A stretch of DNA of 59,115 bases, taken from Xanthobacteraceae bacterium (GTDB lineage: Bacteria; Pseudomonadota; Alphaproteobacteria; Rhizobiales; Xanthobacteraceae). Made by a program: the position numbers and the translations under genes. The notes beneath the pieces were generated by a model, which was not told the origin of the DNA, did not search any database, and saw only the letters and a list, made by a program, of their open reading frames with translations. Location: assembly GCA_035566615.1 (NCBI GenBank), contig DATMQV010000267.1, positions 1 through 59,115 of the forward strand. The letters run 5' to 3'. Positions 50,225 through 59,115 of the stretch are shown one piece after another; positions within the stretch are counted from its first letter, which is position 1, and each line of letters opens with the position of its first letter.

Positions 50225-51094
50225 ATGCACGAGCTGTTGCAGCAGGTGTTCTCGGGTTTGGCCGCCGGCTCGATCTACGCGAGCGTCGCGCTGGCGCTGG
50301 TGATGATCTACCGCTCGACTGATCTGGTGAATTTCGCGCAAGGCGAAATGGCGATGTTCTCAACCTACATCGCCTGGACGCTGGTGAATGCCGGCCTGCC
50401 GTTCTGGGCGGCGTTTGCGATTACGCTCATCGTCTCCTTCCTGGGAGGCATGCTGATCGAGCGTGTGGTGATCCGGCCGGTCGAGAACGCGCCGGTACTG
50501 GCGGCGGTCGTGGTCACAATCGGGCTGTTGCTGATCTTCAATTCGGTGGCCGGTTGGATCTACAGCTACACCGTCCAGGATTTTCCGAGCCCCTTCCCCG
50601 ACCGGCCGCTGTTTCATGCGCTGATCACGACCCGCGATCTCGGCGTTATCGCGGTGACGCTGATCATGCTGGTGCTGCTCTTCCTGTTCTTTCGCTTCAC
50701 CTCGACCGGATTGGCGATGCGCGCGGCCGCGCAAAATCCGGCGTCCGCCCGGCTGTGCGGCATTCGTGTCGGACGTATGCTTGCGATTGGATGGGGGCTC
50801 GCGGCCGCCATCGGCGCCACGGCGGGCATCATGGTCGCGCCGGTGCTTTTTCTCGATCCCAACATGATGGGCGGCGTGCTGCTTTACGCGTTCGCCGGCG
50901 CGCTCCTTGGCGGCATCACGAGCCCGGTGGGCGCAGTCGTCGGCGGGCTGATCGTCGGCGTGACCGAGAACCTTGTCGGCACGTATCTCATCGCCAGCCA
51001 GCTCAAGCTGACCGTGGCGCTGGCCTTGATCATCCTGGTGCTCGTGTTCAAGCCGAACGGGTTGTTCGGCACGGCCGTCGTGCGGCGGGTCTGA
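50225..51094 (+). CDS. livH: Branched-chain amino acid ABC transporter permease (LivH-like)
   Basis: The 289-aa polytopic protein has LivH blocks (INFAQGEMAMFSTY, MRAAAQN). Confidence 0.9.
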   Translation: MHELLQQVFSGLAAGSIYASVALALVMIYRSTDLVNFAQGEMAMFSTYIAWTLVNAGLPFWAAFAITLIVSFLGGMLIERVVIRPVENAPVLAAVVVTIGLLLIFNSVAGWIYSYTVQDFPSPFPDRPLFHALITTRDLGVIAVTLIMLVLLFLFFRFTSTGLAMRAAAQNPASARLCGIRVGRMLAIGWGLAAAIGATAGIMVAPVLFLDPNMMGGVLLYAFAGALLGGITSPVGAVVGGLIVGVTENLVGTYLIASQLKLTVALALIILVLVFKPNGLFGTAVVRRV

Positions 51095-51095
51095 G

Positions 51096-52163
51096 ATGGA
51101 AAAAGGCTCCGCCGCCATTGCCCGCACTTCTGTCGGCATCGAACGCCCTGGCACGACGGCAGCCGGAACCTGGCGATGGGCGGCTACACTACTCGCGATC
51201 GCCATCGCGGTCGTGCTTCCGTTCACGCTCCGGAACTACCACGTCTTCGAACTGACGCTGGTGATGATCTATGCCATCGCCGTGCTCGGCCTCAACATCC
51301 TGACCGGCTACAACGGCCAGATATCGCTCGGCCACGGCGGCTTCTTCGCCGCCGGCGCTTACACCGCCGCCATCCTGATGCACCGTTATGGCGTACCCTA
51401 TTGGGCGACGCTGCCGCCGGCGGGCCTGATCTGCTTTGTGCTCGGCGTGCTGTTCGGGCTGCCGGCTCTGCGCTTCGAGGGGCCCTATCTCGCGCTCGTC
51501 ACGCTGGCGATGGCGCTGGCGACGCCGCAACTTCTCAAATACTTCGACACCTGGACTGGCGGGCAACAGGGCATCAATCTGGTCAAGCCCGTGCCGCCGG
51601 CGGGGCTCGGCCTCAGCCAAGACCGCTGGCTTTATTTGATCGCGCTCGTCGCGCTGTTGATCGCCATCCGCGTGGCAGCCAACATGCTCAACGGCCGCAC
51701 CGGCCGCGCCTGGGTCGCCATCCGCGACCAGCCGATCGCGGCGGCAGCCATGGGCATCGACACCGCCCGCTATAAGACGCTCGCCTTCGGCACCAGCACC
51801 TTGTTCACCGGCGTCGCCGGCGCGCTTTCCGCCATCGCTGTCGGCTATGTCTCGCCCGAAAGCTACAGCCTGTTTTTGTCGGTGTCGTTTTTGGTAGGCT
51901 CGGCGGTGGGCGGCATCTCGACCATTGGCGGAGCGATCGTCGGCGGATTCTTCATCCAGTTCGTGCCGAACTTCGCCAATGACATTTCCGATGCCGCCCC
52001 ATGGGCGATCTACGGGCTGGCGATGCTGCTTTGCATGTACACCATGCCGCACGGCGTCGTTGGCTCGGTCAAACCCTGGCTTGCGCGCCTGGCGCAACGG
52101 ACGGCCGCGCAAAGGGGGGCGGCCGAGCGGCAGGACCAGAACGACGGGAGAAGAACGCCATGA
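51096..52163 (+). CDS. livM: Branched-chain amino acid ABC transporter permease (LivM-like)
   Basis: The 355-aa polytopic protein has LivM blocks (LNILTGYNGQISLGHGGFFAAGAY, GRAWVAIRD). Confidence 0.9.
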   Translation: MEKGSAAIARTSVGIERPGTTAAGTWRWAATLLAIAIAVVLPFTLRNYHVFELTLVMIYAIAVLGLNILTGYNGQISLGHGGFFAAGAYTAAILMHRYGVPYWATLPPAGLICFVLGVLFGLPALRFEGPYLALVTLAMALATPQLLKYFDTWTGGQQGINLVKPVPPAGLGLSQDRWLYLIALVALLIAIRVAANMLNGRTGRAWVAIRDQPIAAAAMGIDTARYKTLAFGTSTLFTGVAGALSAIAVGYVSPESYSLFLSVSFLVGSAVGGISTIGGAIVGGFFIQFVPNFANDISDAAPWAIYGLAMLLCMYTMPHGVVGSVKPWLARLAQRTAAQRGAAERQDQNDGRRTP

Positions 52164-52270
52164 CTGTTCATCGGGCGACCTTCAGCCCGACAAACCACAA
52201 TGCCGCCTGACAGGCTCGTGTAGGATCGAAAACACAGAAGAAGCGTTCAAACAGGACAGCGGAGGAAATC

Positions 52271-53491
52271 ATGTCACCAAAGCAGATGACCTCGTGGGCA
52301 CTATCGGCGGCGAGCCTCTTTCTCGCCGGCGGACTGGCATACGCGGCCGGCCAATACGGGCCCGGCGCCAGCGACGCCGAAATCAAGCTCGGCAACACCA
52401 TGCCCTATAGCGGTCCGGCCTCGGCCTACGGCGCGATCGGCAAGGCCGAAGTCGCCTACTTCAACATGATCAACGAACAGGGCGGCATCAACGGCCGCAG
52501 GATCAACTTCATCACCCGCGATGACGGCTACAGCCCGCCGAAAACCGTCGAACTGGTGCGCAAGATGGTCGAGGAAGACCAGGTCCTGGCCCTGTTCCAA
52601 ACGCTCGGCACGCCACCCAACACCGCGATCCAGACTTATGCCAACGACAACAAGGTGCCGCAGCTCTTCGTCGCCACCGGCGCCGACAAATGGAACGATC
52701 CCAAAAATCATCCCTGGACGATGGGGTGGCAGCCCAGCTACCGCATCGAAGCGCGTATCTACGGCCGTTACATTCTCAAGAACCTGCCGAACGCCAAGAT
52801 CGCCGTGCTCTACCAGAACGACGATTTCGGCAAGGACTATCTGATCGGGCTGCGCGAAGGCTTGGGCGCCAAGGCCGACACCATGATCGTTGCGACCAAG
52901 ACCTACGAGACCACCGACCCGACCGTGGACTCGCAAATTGTGGCGCTGCAGGGCAGCGGCGCCGACACGCTCTTGACTGCGGCGGTGCCGAAATTCGCCG
53001 CGCAGGCGATCCGCAAGGTGTTCGACATCGGCTGGAAGCCGACCCACTTTCTGACCAACGTGTCGGTTTCGGTCGGAGCGGTCATGAAGCCGGCCGGGCC
53101 CGAAAAGGGCGTCGGCATCATTTCGGCCGGCTATCTCAAGGAGCCCACCGATCCGCAATGGGCCAACACGCCGGAATACAAGGAGTGGCTGGATTGGATG
53201 AAGAAATACAATTCAGCCGGCAATTTGACCGACAGCAACAATGTCTACGGCTACTCGGCCGCGCAAACGATGGTCGCTGTGCTCAGAACGTGCGGCGACA
53301 ATCTCACCCGCGAAAACCTCATGAAACAGGCGGCCTCCATCCACGACCTGAAATTGCCGATGCTGCTGCCCGGCATCGTCGTCTCCACCAGCGAAACCGA
53401 TTTTGCGCCGATCAAACAGATGCAGCTCATGAAGTTTGACGGCACGACCTGGCAGCTCTTCGGCGACGTGCTCTCCGGATCGGGCAGCTGA
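52271..53491 (+). CDS. Periplasmic Leu/Ile/Val-type (type I) substrate-binding protein of the ABC transporter
   Basis: It has a signal peptide (ALSAASLFLAGGLAYA) and LivJ/K-family blocks (IKLGNTMPYSGPASAYG, INGRRINFITRDDGYSPPKTV). Confidence 0.9.
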   Translation: MSPKQMTSWALSAASLFLAGGLAYAAGQYGPGASDAEIKLGNTMPYSGPASAYGAIGKAEVAYFNMINEQGGINGRRINFITRDDGYSPPKTVELVRKMVEEDQVLALFQTLGTPPNTAIQTYANDNKVPQLFVATGADKWNDPKNHPWTMGWQPSYRIEARIYGRYILKNLPNAKIAVLYQNDDFGKDYLIGLREGLGAKADTMIVATKTYETTDPTVDSQIVALQGSGADTLLTAAVPKFAAQAIRKVFDIGWKPTHFLTNVSVSVGAVMKPAGPEKGVGIISAGYLKEPTDPQWANTPEYKEWLDWMKKYNSAGNLTDSNNVYGYSAAQTMVAVLRTCGDNLTRENLMKQAASIHDLKLPMLLPGIVVSTSETDFAPIKQMQLMKFDGTTWQLFGDVLSGSGS

Positions 53492-53511
53492 TGCGCTGAC
53501 GCCGCTACGAC

Positions 53512-53540
53512 GAATGGCCGGCCGCGCAGACCGGCCATTC
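53512..53540. terminator. Shared hairpin between convergent genes (binding protein / TetR)
   Basis: The stem is GAATGGCCGG / CCGGCCATTC (10 bp) with a 9-nt loop. It lies directly between the two stop codons. Confidence 0.6.
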
Positions 53541-54209
53541 TCATTCCCCGGGTTTGGCCAGATCTACCGGAATCGCGGTCTGCACCACAAGGCCGCGGGC
53601 CCGGGCATCGGCGACGCCAAGCGAACGCAGCGCCGCGAGCGTGAGCGATTGCACGATGTCGCGCTCGCGGCCGGATGGGTCCGGCGCCAAAGGACCGATC
53701 AGCCCTTCGATCAACAGGCCGGTGATCCCGGCCGCGGCAACTGCCGCATCCTGCTGCGGCAAACGGCCCTCGGCGATCGCGGCAGCGATCCGGCCGGCAA
53801 ATTCAGCCGCGAGCGATTTGCGAAAAGCAAGCCGCGCCGCGTCGAGCTCGGCATCGATCGGCTCGGCGATGGCCGCGAAGGAAAGCCTGCGGTCGCGCAG
53901 AGCGCGCGCGGCAAATGTGATGATCGCAGCCGACAGGCCCGAGAGCGGCCCGGGTGCGCCGGCGGCCGCGCGCCGCAAAGCGCCGATCTCGCTGTCGGCG
54001 ATCTCCGCCAAGAGCGCGGCGACGAGATCGCTTTTCGCCGGGAAATAACGATAGACGGTGCCCGCGGCGATACCGGCGCGGGCTGCGACGGCGGCGATCT
54101 GCACCGCGGCCATGCCCCCTTCGCTCGCCATTTGCCGCGCCGCTGCGATGATCGCATCGTGGCGCGCAGCTAATCGGCGGACGACATTCTCGGTGCGGCG
54201 ATACGGCAA
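53541..54209 (-). CDS. TetR/AcrR-family transcriptional regulator
   Basis: It has an N-terminal HTH, VQIAAVAARAGIAAGTVYRYFPAKSDLV. The product is 222 aa. Confidence 0.85.
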   Translation of the reverse strand: MPYRRTENVVRRLAARHDAIIAAARQMASEGGMAAVQIAAVAARAGIAAGTVYRYFPAKSDLVAALLAEIADSEIGALRRAAAGAPGPLSGLSAAIITFAARALRDRRLSFAAIAEPIDAELDAARLAFRKSLAAEFAGRIAAAIAEGRLPQQDAAVAAAGITGLLIEGLIGPLAPDPSGRERDIVQSLTLAALRSLGVADARARGLVVQTAIPVDLAKPGE

Positions 54210-54251
54210 GGCATTCCGTCGGATCGATTCGCAGACCCTCTATAGAATAAC

Positions 54252-54265
54252 TGAATCATGATTCA
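54252..54265. promoter_or_regulatory. Perfect 14-bp palindrome, candidate TetR operator
   Basis: TGAATCATGATTCA is its own reverse complement. It sits in the divergent TetR/M23 intergenic region, 43 nt from the tetR start codon. Confidence 0.45.
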
Positions 54266-54371
54266 ATGCGAGCGGCATCGATGACAAAACAGGTGCTCGC
54301 GGTCGGACGAAACAGCGAGTATGAATTCGCGGTCGCAACTCCCCAGCAAAGCACAACTCCGAGAAAAACAT

Positions 54372-55523
54372 ATGGCCTTTGCGCGCTTGATGGTGTTGGC
54401 CTTCGCCGCCGCGTTTTTCGCTCATCCCGCCGCCGCGAGCGACCCGCGCCCGCCCCAGCTGCAAATCTCCTTCCTCGCCGAGCCGGCGCCGATCGTTCAG
54501 TACGGCTCGACCAAGCTCGTCTACGAAATGGTGGTGACGAATTTCTCGAAAAGGTCGTATGTCTTCGACACGATCGAGACCAAGGCCGGCGCGTTGCAGT
54601 TTTCATTTTCCGGCACCGCGCTTGCGGCCATGATGGCGCATCTGGGTCCCTGGGATCCGGTTGCCGGCCCGGCCAGCCGCACGATCGCCGCCGGCAGAAG
54701 CCTGGTCGTCTATTTCATGCTCGATCTTGGGGCGGACAAAGCGCCACAGGCGATCGAGCATACGTTGCGTGTGGTCGCCGACGATGGCGGCGCGCACGAT
54801 ATCGTGCTCAAGCCGCTCGCGGTATCGAACGAAAATCCGATCGTTGTCGCCCCGCCTTTGCGCGGGGTGTGGATGGCGGGCGACTCGGTCAATAACGGAC
54901 CGGACGCAGCCCACCGCAAGACGATCCTCATCACCGACGGCCGCGCCTGGCTGGCGCAGCGCTACGCCATCGACTGGGTGCAAATTCAAAAAGTCGACGG
55001 CGCGTATACGACGTGGAAGGGCGCCGAGGACAAGAACGAAAGCTATTTCTGTTACGGTCAGCCGATCTACAGCGTCGCCGCCGGCAAGGTGATCGGCATG
55101 GCCGATGGGCTACCGGAGAACGTCCCTCATTCCGGCAAATATGCTGTCGAGCTAAGCTTCGACAATGCCGGCGGCAACCATGTCGTGGTCGAGATTGCCC
55201 CGCACCGCTATGTGCTCTATGCGCACATGAAGCCCGGCACGGTGCGCGTCAAGGTCGGCGACACTGTCGGCGTCGGCGATCTCCTTGGCCTCGTCGGCAA
55301 CAGCGGCAGCTCAACCGAACCGCATCTGCACATGCACATCGTTGACCAGCCGTCGTTTCTCGCCGGCAACGGCCTGCCTTATGAGTTCACAGCCTTCGAT
55401 GCCAGCGGGCCGGTCGAGGCCGACGTGAGCTCGCCGACAGCGATCAATATCGGTACAATCGGTCCGCAGAAGCCGTTCACCAACGACTATCCGGCGAACA
55501 ATGCGGAAGTGACGTTCCGCTAA
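54372..55523 (+). CDS. M23-family (LytM-type) metallopeptidase, secreted
   Basis: The ATG at 54372 gives a signal peptide, MAFARLMVLAFAAAFFAHPAAA. The M23 motifs are GGNHVVVEI and GNSGSSTEPHLHMHI. Confidence 0.85.
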   Translation: MAFARLMVLAFAAAFFAHPAAASDPRPPQLQISFLAEPAPIVQYGSTKLVYEMVVTNFSKRSYVFDTIETKAGALQFSFSGTALAAMMAHLGPWDPVAGPASRTIAAGRSLVVYFMLDLGADKAPQAIEHTLRVVADDGGAHDIVLKPLAVSNENPIVVAPPLRGVWMAGDSVNNGPDAAHRKTILITDGRAWLAQRYAIDWVQIQKVDGAYTTWKGAEDKNESYFCYGQPIYSVAAGKVIGMADGLPENVPHSGKYAVELSFDNAGGNHVVVEIAPHRYVLYAHMKPGTVRVKVGDTVGVGDLLGLVGNSGSSTEPHLHMHIVDQPSFLAGNGLPYEFTAFDASGPVEADVSSPTAINIGTIGPQKPFTNDYPANNAEVTFR

Positions 55524-55549
55524 GCGCCGTCGTGCTCCGCGAGCGGGCC

Positions 55550-57235
55550 CTACTCGCCGCGCTGCGCCAGCGATTTGGCGCGGATCTTGGCAAGCGTTGT
55601 CATCGGCGTGATCGCCTCAGGATCGATCGCCAGCCGGATGATGGCCGGCTTGCCCGAGGCCTGCGCCTCTTTGAACGCCGCCGGAAACTCCGCGGTGTTC
55701 TCGACGCTGACGCCGAACCCGCCAAAGGCGCGGGCATAGGCGACGAAGTCCGGATTGCGCAGATCGGTCGCGACGATCCGGCCGGGATATTCGCGCTCCT
55801 GGTGCATGCGGATGGTGCCGTAAATTCCGTTGTCGGCAATGACGACAATGAAGGGCAGATCGTATTGCACGGCGGTGGCGAATTCCTGCCCGTTCATCAG
55901 AAAGTCGCCGTCGCCGGCAATGCAGACCACCGGCCGCTCCGGGTAGAACCGCTTCATCGCGACCGCGGCCGGAACGCCATAGCCCATCGAGCCTGAGGTC
56001 GGCGCGACGTGCTGCCCGAAGCGGCGGAAGCGAAAGAACCGATGAATCCAGGCGGCGTAGTTGCCGGCGCCGTTGCAGACGATGGCGTCGTCGGGAAGAT
56101 ACTCGCGCAGCCAGACCATGATCGCGCCGAGATTGACGGCGCCCGGCTGCTCGGTCGGCGCCTCCGTCCAGGACAGATACTCCGCATGCGCCGCTTCGGC
56201 GTCACCGCGCGGCGAGCCCGGCACGTCGAGATTCTCCAGCGCCGCGGCGAAAGCCGTCGGCGTGGCGTTGATCGGCAGTGTTGGGCTGTAGACGCGCCCG
56301 AGTTCTTCGGCGCCGGGATGGATGTGCACGAACGCCATCTGCGGCCGCGGAATGTCGAACAGCGTGTAGCTCTGCGACGGCAGTTCGCCCATGCGGCCGC
56401 CGATCAGCACGACGAGATCAGACGACTTGATGCGGTCGACGAGCCTCGGATTGGGACCGATGCCGAGATCGCCGGCATAACTGGGATGCAACGCATCGAA
56501 GAGATGCAGCCGGCGAAAGGTCGTGCAGACCGGAAGCGCGTACTTCTCCGCAAAGCGCGCGACGCGATCGCACGCCTCCTGCGACCAGCGGCTGCCGCCC
56601 AGGATCAACATCGGCGACCGCGCGGCGCCGAGAAGCTCCGCGAACTTCGCCATCTCCGCCGGCCCGGGCGACGTCTCGACCGGCAAATAAGCGGTAGCAT
56701 CATCGACGCCGACACGCTCGGTCAGCATGTCCTCGGGCAGGCTGACGACGACCGGCCCCGGCCGGCCATTCGCCGCCGTATAGAAAGCGCGTGAGACGAT
56801 TTCCGGTATGCGCGCCGGGTCCTCGATCTCGGTCGCCCACTTGGTCATCGAGCCGAACATGGCGCGATAGTCGATTTCCTGAAACGCCTCGCGCCCGCAC
56901 ATGTCGCGTGCCACTTGGCCAATAAACATGACGAGGGGCGTCGAATCCTGACGCGCGATGTGAATGCCGGGCGAAGCATTGGTGGCGCCTGGCCCGCGCG
57001 TGACAAAACAGACACCGGGCCGGCCGGTCGCCTTGCCCACCGCCTCCGCCATCATCGCCGCGCCGCCTTCCTGGCGGCACACGGTGACGGCAAGGTCGCT
57101 GTCGTGAAAGGCATCGAGCACGGCGAGATAACTCTCGCCCGGAACGCAGAATACGTGACGCACGCCGTGGATCTGCAATTGATCCACCAAAATCTCGGCG
57201 GCGGTGCGAATGTTGTCCTTCCCGCGCATCGGCAT
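55550..57235 (-). CDS. Thiamine-pyrophosphate-dependent enzyme (acetolactate synthase large-subunit-like)
   Basis: It has N-terminal TPP-pyrimidine-domain blocks (FCVPGESYLAVLDA, TRGPGATNA) and a C-terminal TPP-binding motif (GSMGYGVPAAVA...IAGDGDFLMNGQE). The start is the ATG at 57235 or at 57229. Confidence 0.85.
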   Translation of the reverse strand: MPMRGKDNIRTAAEILVDQLQIHGVRHVFCVPGESYLAVLDAFHDSDLAVTVCRQEGGAAMMAEAVGKATGRPGVCFVTRGPGATNASPGIHIARQDSTPLVMFIGQVARDMCGREAFQEIDYRAMFGSMTKWATEIEDPARIPEIVSRAFYTAANGRPGPVVVSLPEDMLTERVGVDDATAYLPVETSPGPAEMAKFAELLGAARSPMLILGGSRWSQEACDRVARFAEKYALPVCTTFRRLHLFDALHPSYAGDLGIGPNPRLVDRIKSSDLVVLIGGRMGELPSQSYTLFDIPRPQMAFVHIHPGAEELGRVYSPTLPINATPTAFAAALENLDVPGSPRGDAEAAHAEYLSWTEAPTEQPGAVNLGAIMVWLREYLPDDAIVCNGAGNYAAWIHRFFRFRRFGQHVAPTSGSMGYGVPAAVAMKRFYPERPVVCIAGDGDFLMNGQEFATAVQYDLPFIVVIADNGIYGTIRMHQEREYPGRIVATDLRNPDFVAYARAFGGFGVSVENTAEFPAAFKEAQASGKPAIIRLAIDPEAITPMTTLAKIRAKSLAQRGE

Positions 57236-57369
57236 CTCCGCGACGGAGCCCGACTCGCAGCGCCCCGCGTTATAGGCTTTGATTGCCGCGAGATGCGCCG
57301 TTAGTCCAGCTTTTTGGCCGCGCCGCATCAGCCGCGAATGGCTTGATACGGCGCGAGGAGCTTTGGCCG

Positions 57370-58923
57370 ATGAGCGAGGATGCGGACAACCAACAGGAGG
57401 TCTTCGGCTTTCTCGCTGATCCTGCTACCCACGGTGGAGATAAAGTGCTGCGGATCGACACGCACGCGGCATCTGTCTTCCTCGCCGGCGACCGTGCCCT
57501 CAAAGTCAAGCGCACCGTGCGCTTTCCCTTCCTCGACTATTCGACAATCGAGAAACGCAAGCAGGCCTGCGAGGCCGAGATCGCGGTGAACGCGCAATAC
57601 GCGCCGGAAATTTATCGCGGCGTGGTCGCGATCACCCGCGAGGCCTCGGGAAAGCTCGCGATCGGCGGAGCCGGCACACCGGTCGAATGGGCGGTCGATA
57701 TGCGGCGCTTCGATGAGAAGCGGACCCTCGACCATGTCGTCGGTGAGATCGACGACACGCTGGCCGATGCGCTCGGCCGGGCGGTGGCGGCGGCGCACGC
57801 CAAGAAACCTGGCGTCAAGACGCCCGCGGTCGAACCCGAACGCTGGATCGCGGCGATCGGCAGCTACATCGACGAACACGTCGAGGCGTTTGGCCAGCAC
57901 CCGGAGATTTTTCCCGCCGCCGCCAGCGACGAACTCGCGCGCAGAAGCCGCGCCACTTACGGGCGTATAGTTCCCCTTTTGCGCGAGCGCGAGCGGCTGG
58001 GTTTCATCCGCCGTATCCACGGTGATCTGCATCTCGGCAACATCGTCCTGATCGACGAAAGACCGGTTCTCTTCGATGCCATCGAGTTCAGCGACATCAT
58101 TGCGACCGGTGACGTTTTCTACGACCTTGCCTTCCTGCTGATGGACCTGCTGGAGCGCGGGCTCACGCCTGCCGCCAACATCGTGCTCAACCGCTATCTC
58201 ACCGAGACATGGCAGATCGAAAATCTCGCCGCGCTCGCCACGCTTCCATTCTTCCTCTCGATGCGGGCGGCCATTCGCGCCAAGGTTACCACTGCCCGGC
58301 TGGAGCGAGCGGCTGATGCCAATCGCCCGTCCATTGCGCGCGCGGCGCGCGCCTATTTCGAATTCGCGGCGCGCGCCATTGCCCCGCCTAGTCCCGCCTT
58401 CGTCGCTGTTGGCGGCCTCTCAGGCACGGGGAAATCGGTGCTGGCGCGGATGTTGGCGCCCGCTGTGGAACCGATGCCGGGGGCTGTCATCATGCGCTCC
58501 GACGTCGAGCGCAAGGCGCTTTTTGGGCTGCGCGAAGCCGAGAAACTCCCGAGTTCCGCCTACACCGACGACGTGAACGCCCGCGTTTATGCCGCGCTCG
58601 GCGACAAGGCTCGTCGGATTGTCGCCGCCAGGCACTCCGTCATTGTCGACGCTGTGTTCGCAAGGCCTGAGGAGCGCGCCGCCATTGCGGAAGCTGCGAA
58701 AACTGCCCGACTGCCGCTGCAGGGGCTGTTCCTCACGGCCGACACCGCGACCAGGCTGGGCCGCGTCGGGGGCCGCGTCCGCGATGCCTCTGATGCCGAC
58801 GCGGCCGTGGCGCTGGCGCAAGAGCGCTACGAACTCGGCCACCTGGAATGGGCGATGGTCGATGCCTCCGGGACGCCGGAAGCCACCCTGGCCCGCGCCA
58901 AGGCAGCCCTGCACCGTCCTTGA
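57370..58923 (+). CDS. Fusion protein: aminoglycoside-phosphotransferase-like kinase domain + P-loop (AAA/zeta-like) kinase domain
   Basis: It starts at the ATG at 57370 (MSEDADNQQEVFGFL...). It has the Brenner-type motif IHGDLHLGNIVL and a DAIEF metal site. A C-terminal Walker A follows (VGGLSGTGKSVLA). Confidence 0.75.
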   Translation: MSEDADNQQEVFGFLADPATHGGDKVLRIDTHAASVFLAGDRALKVKRTVRFPFLDYSTIEKRKQACEAEIAVNAQYAPEIYRGVVAITREASGKLAIGGAGTPVEWAVDMRRFDEKRTLDHVVGEIDDTLADALGRAVAAAHAKKPGVKTPAVEPERWIAAIGSYIDEHVEAFGQHPEIFPAAASDELARRSRATYGRIVPLLRERERLGFIRRIHGDLHLGNIVLIDERPVLFDAIEFSDIIATGDVFYDLAFLLMDLLERGLTPAANIVLNRYLTETWQIENLAALATLPFFLSMRAAIRAKVTTARLERAADANRPSIARAARAYFEFAARAIAPPSPAFVAVGGLSGTGKSVLARMLAPAVEPMPGAVIMRSDVERKALFGLREAEKLPSSAYTDDVNARVYAALGDKARRIVAARHSVIVDAVFARPEERAAIAEAAKTARLPLQGLFLTADTATRLGRVGGRVRDASDADAAVALAQERYELGHLEWAMVDASGTPEATLARAKAALHRP

Positions 58924-58995
58924 TTGACTGACATGGTGCGCCGCAAATATAAGCGCGGGGAACCGCAGAACCGTAGACGTTAGAGAGGCGCGATC

Positions 58996-59115
58996 ATGGC
59001 GAGCAATGAGGCGACGATACCCACCGGCACCCACGCGCCCGAGGGCACGCGTCGCGATTTCCTGTATATCGCGACCGGAACCGTCGCCGCCGTCGGCGCG
59101 GCGGCCGTCTTGGTT
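58996..59115 (+). CDS. petA: Ubiquinol-cytochrome c reductase Rieske iron-sulfur subunit, first 40 codons (truncated by the window end)
   Basis: MASNEATIPTGTHAPEGTRRDFLYIATGTVAAVGAAAVLV shows the twin-arginine plus TM anchor typical of PetA/FbcF N-termini. Only 120 nt are visible. Confidence 0.7.
   Translation, partial: MASNEATIPTGTHAPEGTRRDFLYIATGTVAAVGAAAVLV

Overview
This is a high-GC alphaproteobacterial chromosome segment; a hand-counted coding stretch gives about 63% G+C. Protein signatures (long HisRS + HisZ + long HisG, GroESL behind a CIRCE element, GlcDEF, a Rieske PetA start) and the palindromic intergenic repeat families suggest a Bradyrhizobiaceae/Nitrobacteraceae-like organism, by inference only. 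I call about 56 protein genes, densely packed on both strands. Almost all are conserved housekeeping, envelope or metabolic functions: mutL (partial), a patatin-like lipase, arfB, an M16 peptidase pair, ileS-lspA, ribF, hisS-hisZ-hisG, groESL, an SbmA/BacA-type ABC transporter, a Tat-signal formamidase-family enzyme, glcDEF, two tandem-USP genes around a cytochrome c, livGFHM plus binding protein, a TetR/M23 pair, a TPP enzyme, an APH/P-loop kinase fusion and petA (partial). I found no rRNA/tRNA, CRISPR array, integrase, transposase, phage gene or recognisable defence/toxin module. The window therefore reads as core genome, and I do not see a convincing novel multi-gene system. Six things are worth a second look. 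(i) Three unrelated genes (patatin, cheY-like, USP) are each interrupted by what looks like one missing base. (ii) A 5-copy MITE/REP-like palindromic element has GAGCATGATC termini, and two copies bracket the broken USP gene. (iii) Perfect TTGA-N6-TCAA (FNR/FixK-type) boxes sit in front of both USP genes. (iv) A near-consensus sigma54 -24/-12 motif precedes a Tat-signal formamidase-family gene next to a BacA-like ABC transporter. (v) Orphan CheY-like, CheZ-like and degenerate-EAL signalling genes occur with no CheA. (vi) A patch of about 50% GC lies inside hisS. Many long ORFs in the supplied track are GC-driven antisense shadows or 5' over-extensions and were rejected.
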